Shown here one piece after another: positions 1-11,400 of a stretch of 64,000 nt of DNA. The stretch is taken from the IMG/VR virus record IMGVR_UViG_3300050343_000163. One strand, 5' to 3'. The notes below the pieces were generated by a model, which searched no databases, was not told where the DNA came from, and saw only the letters and a program-made list of their open reading frames with translations. The stretch comes from a virus. A program made the translations under genes and the position numbers. Position 1 is the stretch's first letter, and the number at the start of each line of letters is the position of its first letter.

Positions 1-164
1 AAAGCACGCTCCATACCGTTGTAACAGTTCTCTTGAAAAAACTGAACGGTATCATCAATTACATTATTTACCTGTTCGTCATCAACATTAACCTGCAATA
101 CAGGTTCACCCAATTGCCTCTTGCAATATGTGATGAGATCAGCTCTTGAGTTTGGAGATGCCAT
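1..164 (-). CDS. gp13: Neck protein gp13, N-terminus (runs off the window)
   Basis: Own translation from ATG at 164: MASPNSRADLITYCKRQLGEPVLQVNVDDEQVNNVIDDTVQFFQENCYNGMERA, the typical T4-like gp13 start. A late promoter lies at 190-196. Confidence 0.9.
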   Translation of the reverse strand, partial: MASPNSRADLITYCKRQLGEPVLQVNVDDEQVNNVIDDTVQFFQENCYNGMERA

Positions 165-189
165 TACACACAAAAAATCCCTTCGTTCC

Positions 190-196
190 TATTTAG
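190..196 (-). promoter_or_regulatory. T4-type late promoter variant CTAAATA upstream of gp13
   Basis: Plus strand reads tatttag, 26 nt upstream of the gp13 ATG. Confidence 0.6.
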
Positions 197-423
197 GAAG
201 GTTCGATGCTTGCAGGTGATGCTTCAGTAGGAGGTTCTGTAGGTTCTTCCTGTCCCTCTCCAGAAAGTAATCCAATAGTCTCTAGACCACCTTCTAGTTT
301 AATTTTATATTCTTTTGCTTTCGCTAAGTTTGTTTCCAGTTCGCCAATTTGCTTTACAGTAGTAGCAATTTGTTCTTCAAAATTCTTTTTGAGTTGTTCG
401 GGATCCATGGTCATTATTATCAA
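193..423 (-). CDS. Small coiled-coil hypothetical protein
   Basis: 76-aa ORF with heptad pattern (QIATTVKQIGELETNLAKAKEYKIKLEGGLE). ATAAATA late motif at 442-448. Confidence 0.75.
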   Translation of the reverse strand: MIIMTMDPEQLKKNFEEQIATTVKQIGELETNLAKAKEYKIKLEGGLETIGLLSGEGQEEPTEPPTEASPASIEPS

Positions 424-447
424 ATATGATATTGTATACTGTATTTA

Positions 448-1089
448 TCATGTTGGAGAAACCCTATATGAATACTTATCATCAACAATTAATGAAGGCA
501 TGAAATTCATAGAGATAGAAACTCTACCATCTTTTCTGTTATCAGAATAACCATGGGTAAGATTAGATTGCCATAGCATCACCTCTCCTTCAGAAGGGTG
601 CATGATAACATCACAGTTATATTTCCCTAGCTTATTCATGTCTGGTAGCAATGAAATTGATGGTGCTTGTGAATGAGTAGAACCATCTGGATGTCTGAAA
701 AATAATGGTGCATGTCCTTCTTCATGACAAACATAATATGTTCCAGATATAAATGCATTAGTATGAAAATGTGGATACTGACTTCCACCAGTATCACATA
801 AATTTAACCAGCTATCAGTAATAATCATTCTCTCAGGAAGATCATATCCCAAATCATCAGCAACAAAAGAAGTACATTGATCTTCTAACCACTGTTTAAA
901 TTCTGACATTTCTTTTCTGTGTAGAAATGATCTACCAGATGTATTGTCGTAATGATGTAGGTTGTTATCCATTGCATTAGTGATCATATTTTCACCTGTC
1001 ATCATGTCGATAATTTCTTTCTTTACAACATCACTATTTGGGTAAAGTTCTCTACCAATAACTTTAGGAAAAATATCAATTAAATTCAT
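448..1089 (-). CDS. 2OG-Fe(II) oxygenase (TIGR02466-like)
   Basis: DSWLN...YPHFH...ISGTYY...WQSNLTHG...RVSISMN motifs. Start placed at ATG 1089, which overlaps the upstream stop (TAATG). Confidence 0.85.
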   Translation of the reverse strand: MNLIDIFPKVIGRELYPNSDVVKKEIIDMMTGENMITNAMDNNLHHYDNTSGRSFLHRKEMSEFKQWLEDQCTSFVADDLGYDLPERMIITDSWLNLCDTGGSQYPHFHTNAFISGTYYVCHEEGHAPLFFRHPDGSTHSQAPSISLLPDMNKLGKYNCDVIMHPSEGEVMLWQSNLTHGYSDNRKDGRVSISMNFMPSLIVDDKYSYRVSPT

Positions 1090-2795
1090 TATTTTTTTAA
1101 TACAAAAATGTTTATTCCATTCCACCAAGAATTTGTATCTTCAATTTCACCAGTAAGAATACTTCTTTCATACAAAACTGTAATCTTATTCTCTTCAATA
1201 AAATCTTTTGTCGATGTCAATACACCATCAAGGTTTGCATCATCAACCACTAATATAAATTCATTCTCTGTATATTGAAGAATGTGATTTAAACAACTTC
1301 TCTGTACATTCAATTCATGATCTGCGTCATAAAAAATAGTATTTACTTTTTTATCTAAATTTTCTTCTGTAGCTTCACGGATATCACCATTTAAAATTGC
1401 AATGTTGCTGTTGTCTGTCCATACAGATTTTACATTCTCAATGAAAGTTTCAATAGATCCTTCTTCATCATCCCATGGAATGTCTTCTCTGATTGGTTTG
1501 ATATCTACATCACGCCAATGATCTGCTGCATAAGCAGTAATATCATTACCTTGAATTGCTGCACAGAATGTGCTGCCATTAAACACACCAATTTCTAGAT
1601 ACTTTGTATCCTCGTAAGAACATAGATTGTTGAGGAAGTGCCTTACCTTATCAGAAGTTAGACCCTGAATGTCGTGATCAAATTTTGACTTCCCTTCAAT
1701 AGCTTTATCAATAGAGTCTAAACATCTGGTTACAAATGGGTGACATACTCTCTCTTGTTTTTTAAGATGTGCTTCAACAACTGTATCGCAATAATTACAT
1801 TCCCAGCAATCAAATTTACAATTTTTAATTTTATCTCTCCATATATCAATGGGACGATCTTTCATATTAAGATCTTCCATGTATACATTCATACGTGGGA
1901 AGAGAATTTCATCACCATCATTCCATTTTTTAATGATGTCCATAGACTCCATTAATCTGATAGCACTTTCTCTACCATGCATTTTAAATACATCAATACC
2001 TAGATCAAGAAACTCTTGCCAGTCTTCTCTCCATGGCGGAATGTTTGCTGCTTTAAGAGATGCTGATGATTCTGTTACATCCCAAGTAGAACAAGATACT
2101 CTACTGATTTCAGAATTAAAATATTGAGGACTATCATCTCTTGTGGCATTGTATTGATAATGCTCTGGCATAATAGGACAACCACCCCAGCAATTTTCAT
2201 TAGCTAGCAATGATAGTTTTACTGGTTTATCAATAGATGCACAATATTCTTTTGCTTCGATAACTCTATTGAGAGCATCTTTATCTCTCATTAAATCTCT
2301 ATCAAGATTTACATAGTGAAATCCTGCTCTAGCACAAGCAACAATTTCATTTGCTTTTGTGACTTCTCTAAGGATTGTGTTTTTGATAAACAGTTCAGGA
2401 AATTCTCTTTGAATTTGTCCTGAAGAAACCCATGATGTATGAGGTAGAGTTACAATACGAACACCCTTATCATACAAAGGTTTAAAATTTTCTATCCACA
2501 GATCTAGATTTTTTTGATCTGGTCTAATCCACATGTTATTAAATGTGGCAGACAAAGGAATACCTGTCTCTTGAGAAATAAACAATGCATTTCTTGTAGT
2601 TCCACTAACAGGATCAACTACAAAAATATCACCCATCGCATCCTGATTAAAAGGAGGAATACGACAGGTAAAATATAGATCGTAAATTAAATGTTTATGC
2701 TCAATGAGGAATGGTATAAAAGTCTCCTCAGCAAATTTTTTATTGATCTTCGGGTTGATCGGCAGACTGAAGACGCTTGTCATTGAGTTGGTCAC
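1089..2795 (-). CDS. Peptidase-U32-like (Fe-S hydroxylase family) domain fused to a class I SAM methyltransferase
   Basis: N-domain has LDRDLMRD, LLANENCWGGCP, SRVSC and GIDVFKMHGRE (U32 GVDSLKIEGR-like). Linker is CKFDCWECNYC. C-domain has YLEIGVFNGST, IFYDADH and ILVVDDAN (Methyltransf_24-like). Start is either GTG 2795 or ATG 2783. Confidence 0.75.
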   Translation of the reverse strand: MTNSMTSVFSLPINPKINKKFAEETFIPFLIEHKHLIYDLYFTCRIPPFNQDAMGDIFVVDPVSGTTRNALFISQETGIPLSATFNNMWIRPDQKNLDLWIENFKPLYDKGVRIVTLPHTSWVSSGQIQREFPELFIKNTILREVTKANEIVACARAGFHYVNLDRDLMRDKDALNRVIEAKEYCASIDKPVKLSLLANENCWGGCPIMPEHYQYNATRDDSPQYFNSEISRVSCSTWDVTESSASLKAANIPPWREDWQEFLDLGIDVFKMHGRESAIRLMESMDIIKKWNDGDEILFPRMNVYMEDLNMKDRPIDIWRDKIKNCKFDCWECNYCDTVVEAHLKKQERVCHPFVTRCLDSIDKAIEGKSKFDHDIQGLTSDKVRHFLNNLCSYEDTKYLEIGVFNGSTFCAAIQGNDITAYAADHWRDVDIKPIREDIPWDDEEGSIETFIENVKSVWTDNSNIAILNGDIREATEENLDKKVNTIFYDADHELNVQRSCLNHILQYTENEFILVVDDANLDGVLTSTKDFIEENKITVLYERSILTGEIEDTNSWWNGINIFVLKK

Positions 2796-3516
2796 GGATT
2801 TGATCTAGGAGAGGGATGTTAAGGTTGTGTTCTACACCATGGAATGTAGGAACTTGAACGTCAGGAGATTCTGCATATGCTTGAAAATACTTCTCTGTTC
2901 TTCCTTGAATCTTATCCATAGAGATCTTCATCAAACAAGCATACTGAGATGCAACATCAAGAATACCAACTTGATCTTCTTCTTTCATCATAGCAATAGA
3001 ATCCATGTTGCCAATACCGACTCTACCATTTGCCATAATATCTAAAGCAGCTTGTTTACCAAGTCTTGCAATCCAATACTTTCTTTCATCTTCTTCATCC
3101 CATTCAACTGAATCCAATAGATCTTGTTTTGTTAGACCTTTGTCTTTAATATAATCTATGAAAACTTGAAGTTCATATTCTGCTTGACCCTTTCTTCTAT
3201 TCCACATTTCTTTATCGAGTTCAGCAAACTCAACTTCAGCTGCAGCAAATTCAATATCAAACTCATCTCCATCTTCTGCTTGGAGTTTCTCTAGTAAAGC
3301 TTTATCACGACGCAAACGAATATCTCCCTTCTTTTCATCGAGGAGCATTTTTTCATATTGATGTGATCGATTCTCGATCTCTAACAAAACTTGTTTTAGT
3401 TGTCGATCTTCTGTGACATGTGATTTGATCACATAGTCTAAAATTTGATTCTTCGACATACCAAGAGATACTCTTACAGCAATATCTCTAATTTCTTTAT
3501 CTGTAATTACACCCAT
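2740..3516 (-). CDS. Coiled-coil hypothetical protein of the tail-fibre-associated cluster
   Basis: 258-aa ORF, long helical/heptad N-half, phage-like codon usage, colinear with neighbours. Confidence 0.75.
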   Translation of the reverse strand: MGVITDKEIRDIAVRVSLGMSKNQILDYVIKSHVTEDRQLKQVLLEIENRSHQYEKMLLDEKKGDIRLRRDKALLEKLQAEDGDEFDIEFAAAEVEFAELDKEMWNRRKGQAEYELQVFIDYIKDKGLTKQDLLDSVEWDEEDERKYWIARLGKQAALDIMANGRVGIGNMDSIAMMKEEDQVGILDVASQYACLMKISMDKIQGRTEKYFQAYAESPDVQVPTFHGVEHNLNIPLLDQIRDQLNDKRLQSADQPEDQ

Positions 3517-3536
3517 AATAAATCAAAAAATAATGA

Positions 3537-4301
3537 TTAGAACTTGATACCAGGAATTACCTCATCTCTAATTAAAACACCCTGTTCGTTTTGGGTGTAT
3601 TTATTTTCTTCTTTTGCCTGTTGTTCTGGCATTGGAAGACCAAGGTAGTTCTCATATAACCTATTTATCTTCCTAATTGTATCGCAATCTGAGAACTCTT
3701 TTTTAATTTCTGAAGACTTAATGTAGAGTGCTTTTACATTTCTGTTGTAAGCATTTCTTTTTTCTTGAATTTTTGTTTTTAAATCAACTGGAGCTACACC
3801 CTTTGCTACTGACAATTCTCTGATGATGTAATCATTATTATTATCTACATCGTCATTTTGATATTCCCATGTCTTTTTCTCTAGTGCAGAAACACCTTCG
3901 TCTAAAGCTAAGAACCTTTGTTCAAAAGTTTGTTCTACAATTAACTTTGCTAGGAACTTCATAGTTCTTAGAATAGTATCATATCTCTTTTGTGTGACAG
4001 GAACTGCTACTTTAGGTCCTTCAGGTGCCATATCAGCATAAGATAGATTATCAAAATCTGCCTCATTTTTTAAATCATCAGCAGGAACTTTAATGGTAGA
4101 ACGAATATCACCAAGACTTCTCATACCAAATACTGCCATCTCTTTATCCATCTCGACAAATCTGTCTGATAAAGAATTTATACCATTTACGTCTTCAGAA
4201 TCCAACGAGAAAACATACCAATCAAGAACAGAGTTGATTGGTTGGTATGTAAGTAATTTTGTTAGATCGGGGAGTTTACCAACGAAATATCTTTTTGTCA
4301 T
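3537..4301 (-). CDS. Hypothetical protein, possible tail-fibre assembly chaperone
   Basis: 254 aa. The C-half (EKKTWEYQ...IIRELSVAKG...DLKTKIQEK) resembles fibre-assembly-type helical domains. Directly downstream of fibre genes. Confidence 0.55.
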   Translation of the reverse strand: MTKRYFVGKLPDLTKLLTYQPINSVLDWYVFSLDSEDVNGINSLSDRFVEMDKEMAVFGMRSLGDIRSTIKVPADDLKNEADFDNLSYADMAPEGPKVAVPVTQKRYDTILRTMKFLAKLIVEQTFEQRFLALDEGVSALEKKTWEYQNDDVDNNNDYIIRELSVAKGVAPVDLKTKIQEKRNAYNRNVKALYIKSSEIKKEFSDCDTIRKINRLYENYLGLPMPEQQAKEENKYTQNEQGVLIRDEVIPGIKF

Positions 4302-4303
4302 GC

Positions 4304-5449
4304 TTATACTCCTGTGTAACCGCTAGCTAGTGTACCATATTCAATAGCAGCACCCGATGCTCTACCAGGTGTTCCCTGAGAGTTGAGACTGCCATTTAAT
4401 CCAAATGAGTGTGTGGAGAAACTTACTTGACCACCAGTATTGTTCTGACCACCATCATACATACCGTTCATAAATCCATGTGTCATTCCCGTATGGAATG
4501 TTTCTTCACCAGTAGTTGCTGGTTTACTAACAGATCCTAGGTTAGAACCAGTAGTGTCATCTCTTCTTGAAAGTGCAGCGTTGGTTTGGTAACCACCTGC
4601 AGTGTTCCAATAAGAGAAATTAAGACGTGAGTTCCAAGTCTTGTTAGTTCCATCAGTGCCAGGAGCAGAACTCCAACCAGACCACGATTGAGTTGACCAG
4701 TCAAAGCTGTATCCATTACCACCTTGCTTATACCAACCTTTAGTTTCGCCATAACCACATGCAGGGTTATCACCACCAGTAGATCCGCCGCCACTAACAG
4801 TTGATACACTGTCATTAGTTAAGTCGTATCTGTCTGGGTTGTTGTTATTGTTTCCACAAACATATGCATACTTAAAGTCTCTCTTCATAACAGAAGTTCT
4901 GTTTCTTGAAGTCTGCATCGATGTTGCAGCACCAGCATTGGACTCAGTGACCATGCTGAAACTAGAAACATAGTTACCAGTATTGTTCCAACCGTTTGCT
5001 GTGCAGAAAACATATGCTCTCATAGCAGAGTTTTGAGCACCTGCTGTGTATGCGTCAGACTGATCAATTCTGTCGCCAATGTTAGCGTTACTAAACGTAG
5101 CATGTGTACAACGGTTGATGTTTCTCCATGCAGCACCACCTCGGTAACCTGCTGCTGGATATCCTCTAGTAATATTAAAACCTTCGGCAAACTCAACAAT
5201 GTTTTCCCAATAAGCGTTAGTACCATCTGATTTCAGTGTGGCTCCAACGGTGCTTGAATCACCAGCACTTGCAGGAAATTGCTCTGGTAAAGTTGAAAAT
5301 GGCGCACCATTTACAAGCAAACTATTACTGCCAATATCAATATTACCACCGAAGGTACATGAACCATCCGTATTCAACGAAATGTTGGGATTGGTTGAAC
5401 TACCTGCGGCGGTATATTTAAGTTGATCTACTCTTAATTCTGATGCCAT
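4304..5449 (-). CDS. Virion protein with fibre-type N-terminus and a kelch-like beta-propeller
   Basis: MASELRVDQLK start typical of cyanophage fibre proteins. About six G/N/S-rich blade-like repeats (RAYVF, YAYVCG, KGWYKQG, FSYWNTAG, HGFMNG). AGGAG SD and CTAAATA at 5475-5481. Confidence 0.65.
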   Translation of the reverse strand: MASELRVDQLKYTAAGSSTNPNISLNTDGSCTFGGNIDIGSNSLLVNGAPFSTLPEQFPASAGDSSTVGATLKSDGTNAYWENIVEFAEGFNITRGYPAAGYRGGAAWRNINRCTHATFSNANIGDRIDQSDAYTAGAQNSAMRAYVFCTANGWNNTGNYVSSFSMVTESNAGAATSMQTSRNRTSVMKRDFKYAYVCGNNNNNPDRYDLTNDSVSTVSGGGSTGGDNPACGYGETKGWYKQGGNGYSFDWSTQSWSGWSSAPGTDGTNKTWNSRLNFSYWNTAGGYQTNAALSRRDDTTGSNLGSVSKPATTGEETFHTGMTHGFMNGMYDGGQNNTGGQVSFSTHSFGLNGSLNSQGTPGRASGAAIEYGTLASGYTGV

Positions 5450-5474
5450 GGATAATAGGATCTCCTACCTTTAC

Positions 5475-5481
5475 TATTTAG
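5475..5481 (-). promoter_or_regulatory. Late promoter variant CTAAATA
   Basis: Plus strand tatttag at the end of the giant fibre gene, followed by AGGAG and ATG 5449. Confidence 0.6.
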
Positions 5482-8400
5482 ACGATGTTCCAGCTACCGC
5501 CATCAGCAACTGTGATCACAATATTGTTATTTATAGTGATAGGACCAAAACTACCACAGTTTGTTCCATTAGGAACAGTAATGTTCTCAGCAACAACTTG
5601 ACTGTTTGCTTTGAAGATACCGTAGGAGTCGATCCATTGCCTTACGCCGTTAGCGTAAAGAACGCTGGTGTTTGCTTGGTTAACGAAAGTTTGACCTTCG
5701 ATGTTTGTAGATCCAAGGACATGTAAGTCGTATGTAGGATCTTGTTTCTTAACACCAACTTTGGACAATCTATAGATGTCATTGCCGTTAGAAGCTTCTG
5801 TCCATCTAGATGTTACAAACTCTTGGTTGTTCTGGAAGAACTGACCATTCAAGTTAATATCACCTTGAACATTTAATTGATAGTTTCTACTCTGGTTATT
5901 AGTTGGGTCGGTTCCAGAAGTTGCATTAGTGTTAATTGCAATTCTATTGTCACCCTTAACCAAGAATGCAGGAGTTCCATTCCAAGATTGTCCACCACCA
6001 GCAGTTGATGCAGTAATTTCAAATGCATCACTATGTCCAATCTGGTTACCAATTCTGAAGTTTTTCTGACTGGAGGAACCTAAGAAGTACATACCAGCAC
6101 CAGAGTTATCATTAGCGGAATCTAACGTAACATAATTTCTAAATCTGGATGTACCATTAACATCTAACTTAAAGCTAGAACTTGGAGTTGAAGTTGAAAT
6201 ACCAACTGATCCATTATAATCAATGGTCATTGCCTCAGTTCCAACAGTTAGTGGAACCTCGTTACCACTTCTGCCAGGATCAACCATGAACGCAATGCGT
6301 CCATAAGAAGACCAAAGTGCCATTCTCTCACTGCCTCTATGGTCATAAAGTAGACCACCTCTTACAGTATCGTTATAAGTGAGTGCAAGACCAAACTGAG
6401 AATCAGCACCACTAGAACCATCTACCCAGTTACCATTAAACTGAGCAATGTCCATTCCATGAACAGTACCATAACTGTTAAAGTTAGAAGGTCTAATTCT
6501 CAACTTAACGTATGACTCACCAGCACGGTTAGTAAATACAGTCTCGCCAATACCGATCTTATTCTCAGAAGAGTCAACGAATAATGTATAGTTATCAACG
6601 TTAAGATCAGCAGTTAATGTTGTTGTATTGTTAACAGTTGCTGTTCCACTAACAGTGAGGTTAGAACCTGCACCAGTTAGGACAAGCGAACCAGTCATGG
6701 TATCACCAGTCTTCAGAACGTTGAGTGATGCAGCACCAGTTAGAGATGCGGTAATTGTTCCAGCGGAGAAGTTACCAGCAGAATCACGTTGTACTGCATA
6801 ACTACCAAGGTTAGCACTACTAAATTGAATGTTACCTTCGTTCCATGCTTTCTGACCATTGATAGTAAATGCATCAGCATTTAGAACTGTCAATGCTAAA
6901 GTACCAGATCCTAAACTAGCATTACCACCAGCTGCTTCAAATTTAGCAGTATAGTGATCATCTGGAGTTGCCGATACTAACTGAGAAGATCTAAAGTAAA
7001 TTGCAGGACTAGATGATTGACCATCAGTTCTTCCAAGTCTTAGTTCACCAGATCCAGAGTTATTAACAATCTTACCAACGTCTACTGTATTACCATCTTC
7101 TAGAGTAAAGTCATCAAATGGTTGTCTGTTAGATGCACTACCAGCAGTAAGAGCACCAACAAAGTTACCAGAGTTGAGTCTACCAATTAGAATCGTAAAG
7201 TCGTTAAAGTTATCTGCTGTATCATCGTTAGTTACAACACTATCAATAACAAAACTACCAACAGCTTGTGCGTTGGCGTTATACAAGTTGATTGGATTAC
7301 CTGCAGCAAATACTCCCGTTGCAGATGTGTCGAGGATAACTCCAGAGAAGTAAATTCTGAACTTAGGATCACCAAGGAATCCTTTAACACTTACGTTATC
7401 TCTAAAGTTAGTTGCACTAATGAATCTAGGAAGTCTATTATCAGATAAAGTTCCTTCATTAATGTTTAGAGCATTTTGATACCAAGTGCCCTGTCTATTG
7501 TCAAGTCTGTCAGCGTCAAGACCAGAGTCAAGACCATCATTCAATGATGTCCATACCTTCGCCCATGTACCGAAAGATCCAACACCAGTTCCAGATCCAC
7601 GGAGATACATGTTATCATTATCCGTGAATGCAAGTTGTCTTACACCACCAAATCCAGCATCGAAACCAGAACCACCATTTCTGAAGGTTACAGTCATGTT
7701 TCTGGTGCCACCATCAGTTAGTCCATTAGCACTATTGAAGATTGTGTTAGCAACAATACCAGAACTGAAGTTGTTAGGAGCAGGAGAAGAGGACGGGTTG
7801 TTAGTACCTGTAAGAACACGAATCGTGTTACCTGCTGTACCAGAAATTGCGATGTTGTAAGTTCCAGCTAATCTATCAGAAGATAGAGTACCAGCACTCA
7901 TGTTACTAGCATTTAGATAGAATGTACCTTGTACACCGTCTAGTAAGTCAGCATCAAGTCCACTATCTGCACCAGTCTTAAGTTCAACAGATCCATTTCC
8001 TGCCTGACCAAGATTGAATTGTGATTTCTTATATCTAGAAACACCAATTGTACCGTAAAGGTCAGCAGAAATTGTAAGATCAGTAACTCTCTGAACGTCA
8101 ATAGATACGTTTGCATACTGTCTGTTGACCGTAGAAACTTTTGATTCTAGTACAAGAGAGGATCCAGCACCAATGACACCAGGAGCAGAGGTTACAGTAA
8201 AGTCTGAACTATATCCAGTACCACCATCAGTAACAGTAATTTCTGTTACAACGTTACCAGCAACAACAATATTAACCTTGAGTCCAGTTCCTGTTCCACC
8301 TGTTAGCGAAACATCAAAGTATTGACCGTTGGTGTAACCAGAACCAGCGTTAGAAATAATAACATCATCAACAAATCCACCTTGAGTGAATGTTGATTCA

Positions 8401-11400
8401 AATGATAGAGGAGATGCACCACGCTCAAACTCAATAATTGTTCCGAGAGGAATTGTTGCATTGACTGGGTTGTTTAGAGAGATCGTAGTTAGACCTGCTG
8501 CGGTAATAACACCAGTAATGTTTGTATTAGTCTGAATACCACTTACAGTATTCTTAACTTCATGACCAATAAGAACATCAGAGTTTGTAGTAAAGATCAT
8601 CTGAGATGATCCTGTAGTACACTGAGATGCCAATCTTGCAAAGTACCTGCTTTCTGCACCTTTGAGTGACTGCATTGCTAGTGCAAAGCTAGAATCACCT
8701 CTTAAGAATGTGAAGGAGTTTGCAGATCCACCAACAGCAAGTCTGTCTGTTTCAATAACACCAGATGTAATATCGGAAGCAGCAATCTGATTGGAAGATA
8801 GTGATACCCAGTTGTTAGCATCGAAGGAAGATGTATTTACAACTCTAGTAATGTTAACTGTATTAGCAGTAGGTGATGTACTATCATCAACAGTATCAGT
8901 ATCTTCTATCTTAATGTTGTTGACGATATCACCATATATTCTGCTCTCAATTAGAGCATTACCTTGTGCTTGTGTACCAGCTCCAGTAGGAGCAGCAAAT
9001 GTAATATTAGGAGCAGTAGTATATCCTTTACCACCTCGGAATCCACCAAAGTCATTAATAGTAACAGTAACAACTTGACCATTAGCAATAGTACAAGTAG
9101 CAGCTGCAGAAACTGCACCAGCTTCTGGGTTACCACCAGCAAATGTAACTACAGGAGCAACAGTATATCCAGAACCACCGTTACTAATATTAATTTGGAA
9201 TACAACACCTTTTCTATATTCAGTTGATTGAATGCGTCCAGTAGTTAAACTACCAGTAAGGATGTCACCGATGGTGAATGTTAAAGCAGGATCTGGGTTA
9301 AATCCAAGGAACAGACTATCATTATCATTGTTTAGAATGAATGATGTTGATGTATCCTGTTGAATTGCAATGTCACCAGCAAGTGCTCCTTCTAGTGCAG
9401 TTCTTTCTGTTTGGTTTGCAACAGTGAAGACACTGAATGGTCTGAGTGCTGGAATCTGATCAATAGAGATCTTACCAGAATCAGTAAGTTCAACCAATGC
9501 TCTAGGAACAGCGTTCGTAGAATATGGTTTGTTGATGTAAGGTCCTAAAGCATTAGTGATATAATCTTTAACTGCCTTTTGTGTAGGTAGTTTAGAATCA
9601 CTAGAGTTAGCACCACCAAGTGTGTTGGATGCGTCAAAACCAGTAACAACAACGTCACCACCTTTCAGTTTCAAGAATTCAACTTCAGAGATCGTAACCG
9701 TACCAGTGAAGGTAATGTTACCAGTTCTGTTTTCGATTCTAGCGAAAGTACCAACCTTAAAGTCACCAAGTTCATCAGTACCAGAAACATATACACGACC
9801 GTAGTTTTCAGATACCTGTTCGTATGCTTCGACTTTAGTACCACCGTTCTCAGGAAGAGCTAGGTAGTTAGTTCCTGAACCCGCAAATTCCCACGTATGA
9901 GAAGAAGAGTTAACAATCGATGGTCTGTGTAAGTTAATTGTTTTACCAGACAGAATACTGGTAGATACTGCCTGACCAGTTGCTATATCTGTAAGATCCA
10001 TGGCACCACCTGTGCCATCATCAATAGTTAATTGTGCAGAGAAAGGAGGACCAACTGTAACTCCAGCTACAACATCAACAAAGTATTCAATATCTACATT
10101 AGTGTTTCTATATCCATCAATCTTAACAACATAATGCTCTAATGGTTCTCTACCAAGTCCACTAAGTGTTAGGATAGTTCTACCAGTAGGAGTAGAAGAA
10201 ACATTTGAAATCGTTGCAATATCAAATGCATATGGGTCCTTACGGAAACCTATACCTCTTAATGCAAATGTACCAAAGTTGGTAGCAGAGTTAGTGATTG
10301 AGCAGTAACCACCAGATTCAGCAAGAACACCATCAGCACAGAAGATAACGAAGACAGAAACTAACTGAGTATAACCATCGTTGATAACCTTATATCCTGT
10401 ACCACCAAAAGATACAATCGTGAATGCAGATGCAACCATCGACTTACCCTGATTGGGGAAGGATGCTGTTCCGTCTAACTCAAGACCAGGGAATGGGCAG
10501 TTGGGTTGTTTAACCTTGGCACCATCAACCTCAGCACCGCCACCACCTAGGAAGGAGATAACAGATGCGTTCTGGGTGTATGGAGATGCCTCGATAATTG
10601 GATAGTCATCGTAATCACCACGAATTGCTAGTCTGTTGTTATTAGCATCAGAAACAAAGTTATCTGGATACGAAATAATTTGTGAAGTATCATATAGAGA
10701 ATTGCTAGTTCTAGATGTAGCACCAGAAAGAACTGTTCCATCTAAGATATCTTCAAAAAGATCCATAGATGTATTGATGGAAGAAGCAACGTTAGAACAT
10801 TGTGAAGTTTGTCCCGTGCTGTATACAAGTACAGAGTTGTTAGTTGTTCTAACAAATGTATGTGCAGATTGTGGTAAATGCTTGAGGCAATTAGTTGCAG
10901 CAGTTACGAATGTATGTGCAGATTGTGAAATCTGAGTAATTGATCCTGCAGCACCACTTACAAAAGTATGTGCTTCACCAGAAGCAGCACCACCAGCTCC
11001 TACGTTAACTGTAACAGTTCCAGTTTGTCTCTCGATACCATTAGCTAATGCACTTACAAAAGCATGTGTGCCTGTGTAAGAGGAAAGACCAGTATTAATT
11101 TCAAAAGTATCGGTAGTTACATTACTAATTTGTACCCATTTGTTACTCAACTTATCATAGTTGGCACGAGGATATGTTTTGTTTACTGAATTTCCATCCA
11201 GATCACAAGTAAAAGTTAGACTATCGTTAGCAATTTTTACATAATCTCCATTTGCAAAATTATGTCCAGCACTTGTTATAACTAACTTTCCACTAGATGC
11301 TGTGTAGACAGCATTGGTAGCTGTATGTTGACTAGAAGAAACTGCTGTGATATTTAAAGATGCACCTGAAGCGGGGTCAGATGGTCTTGGATATGTTTCT

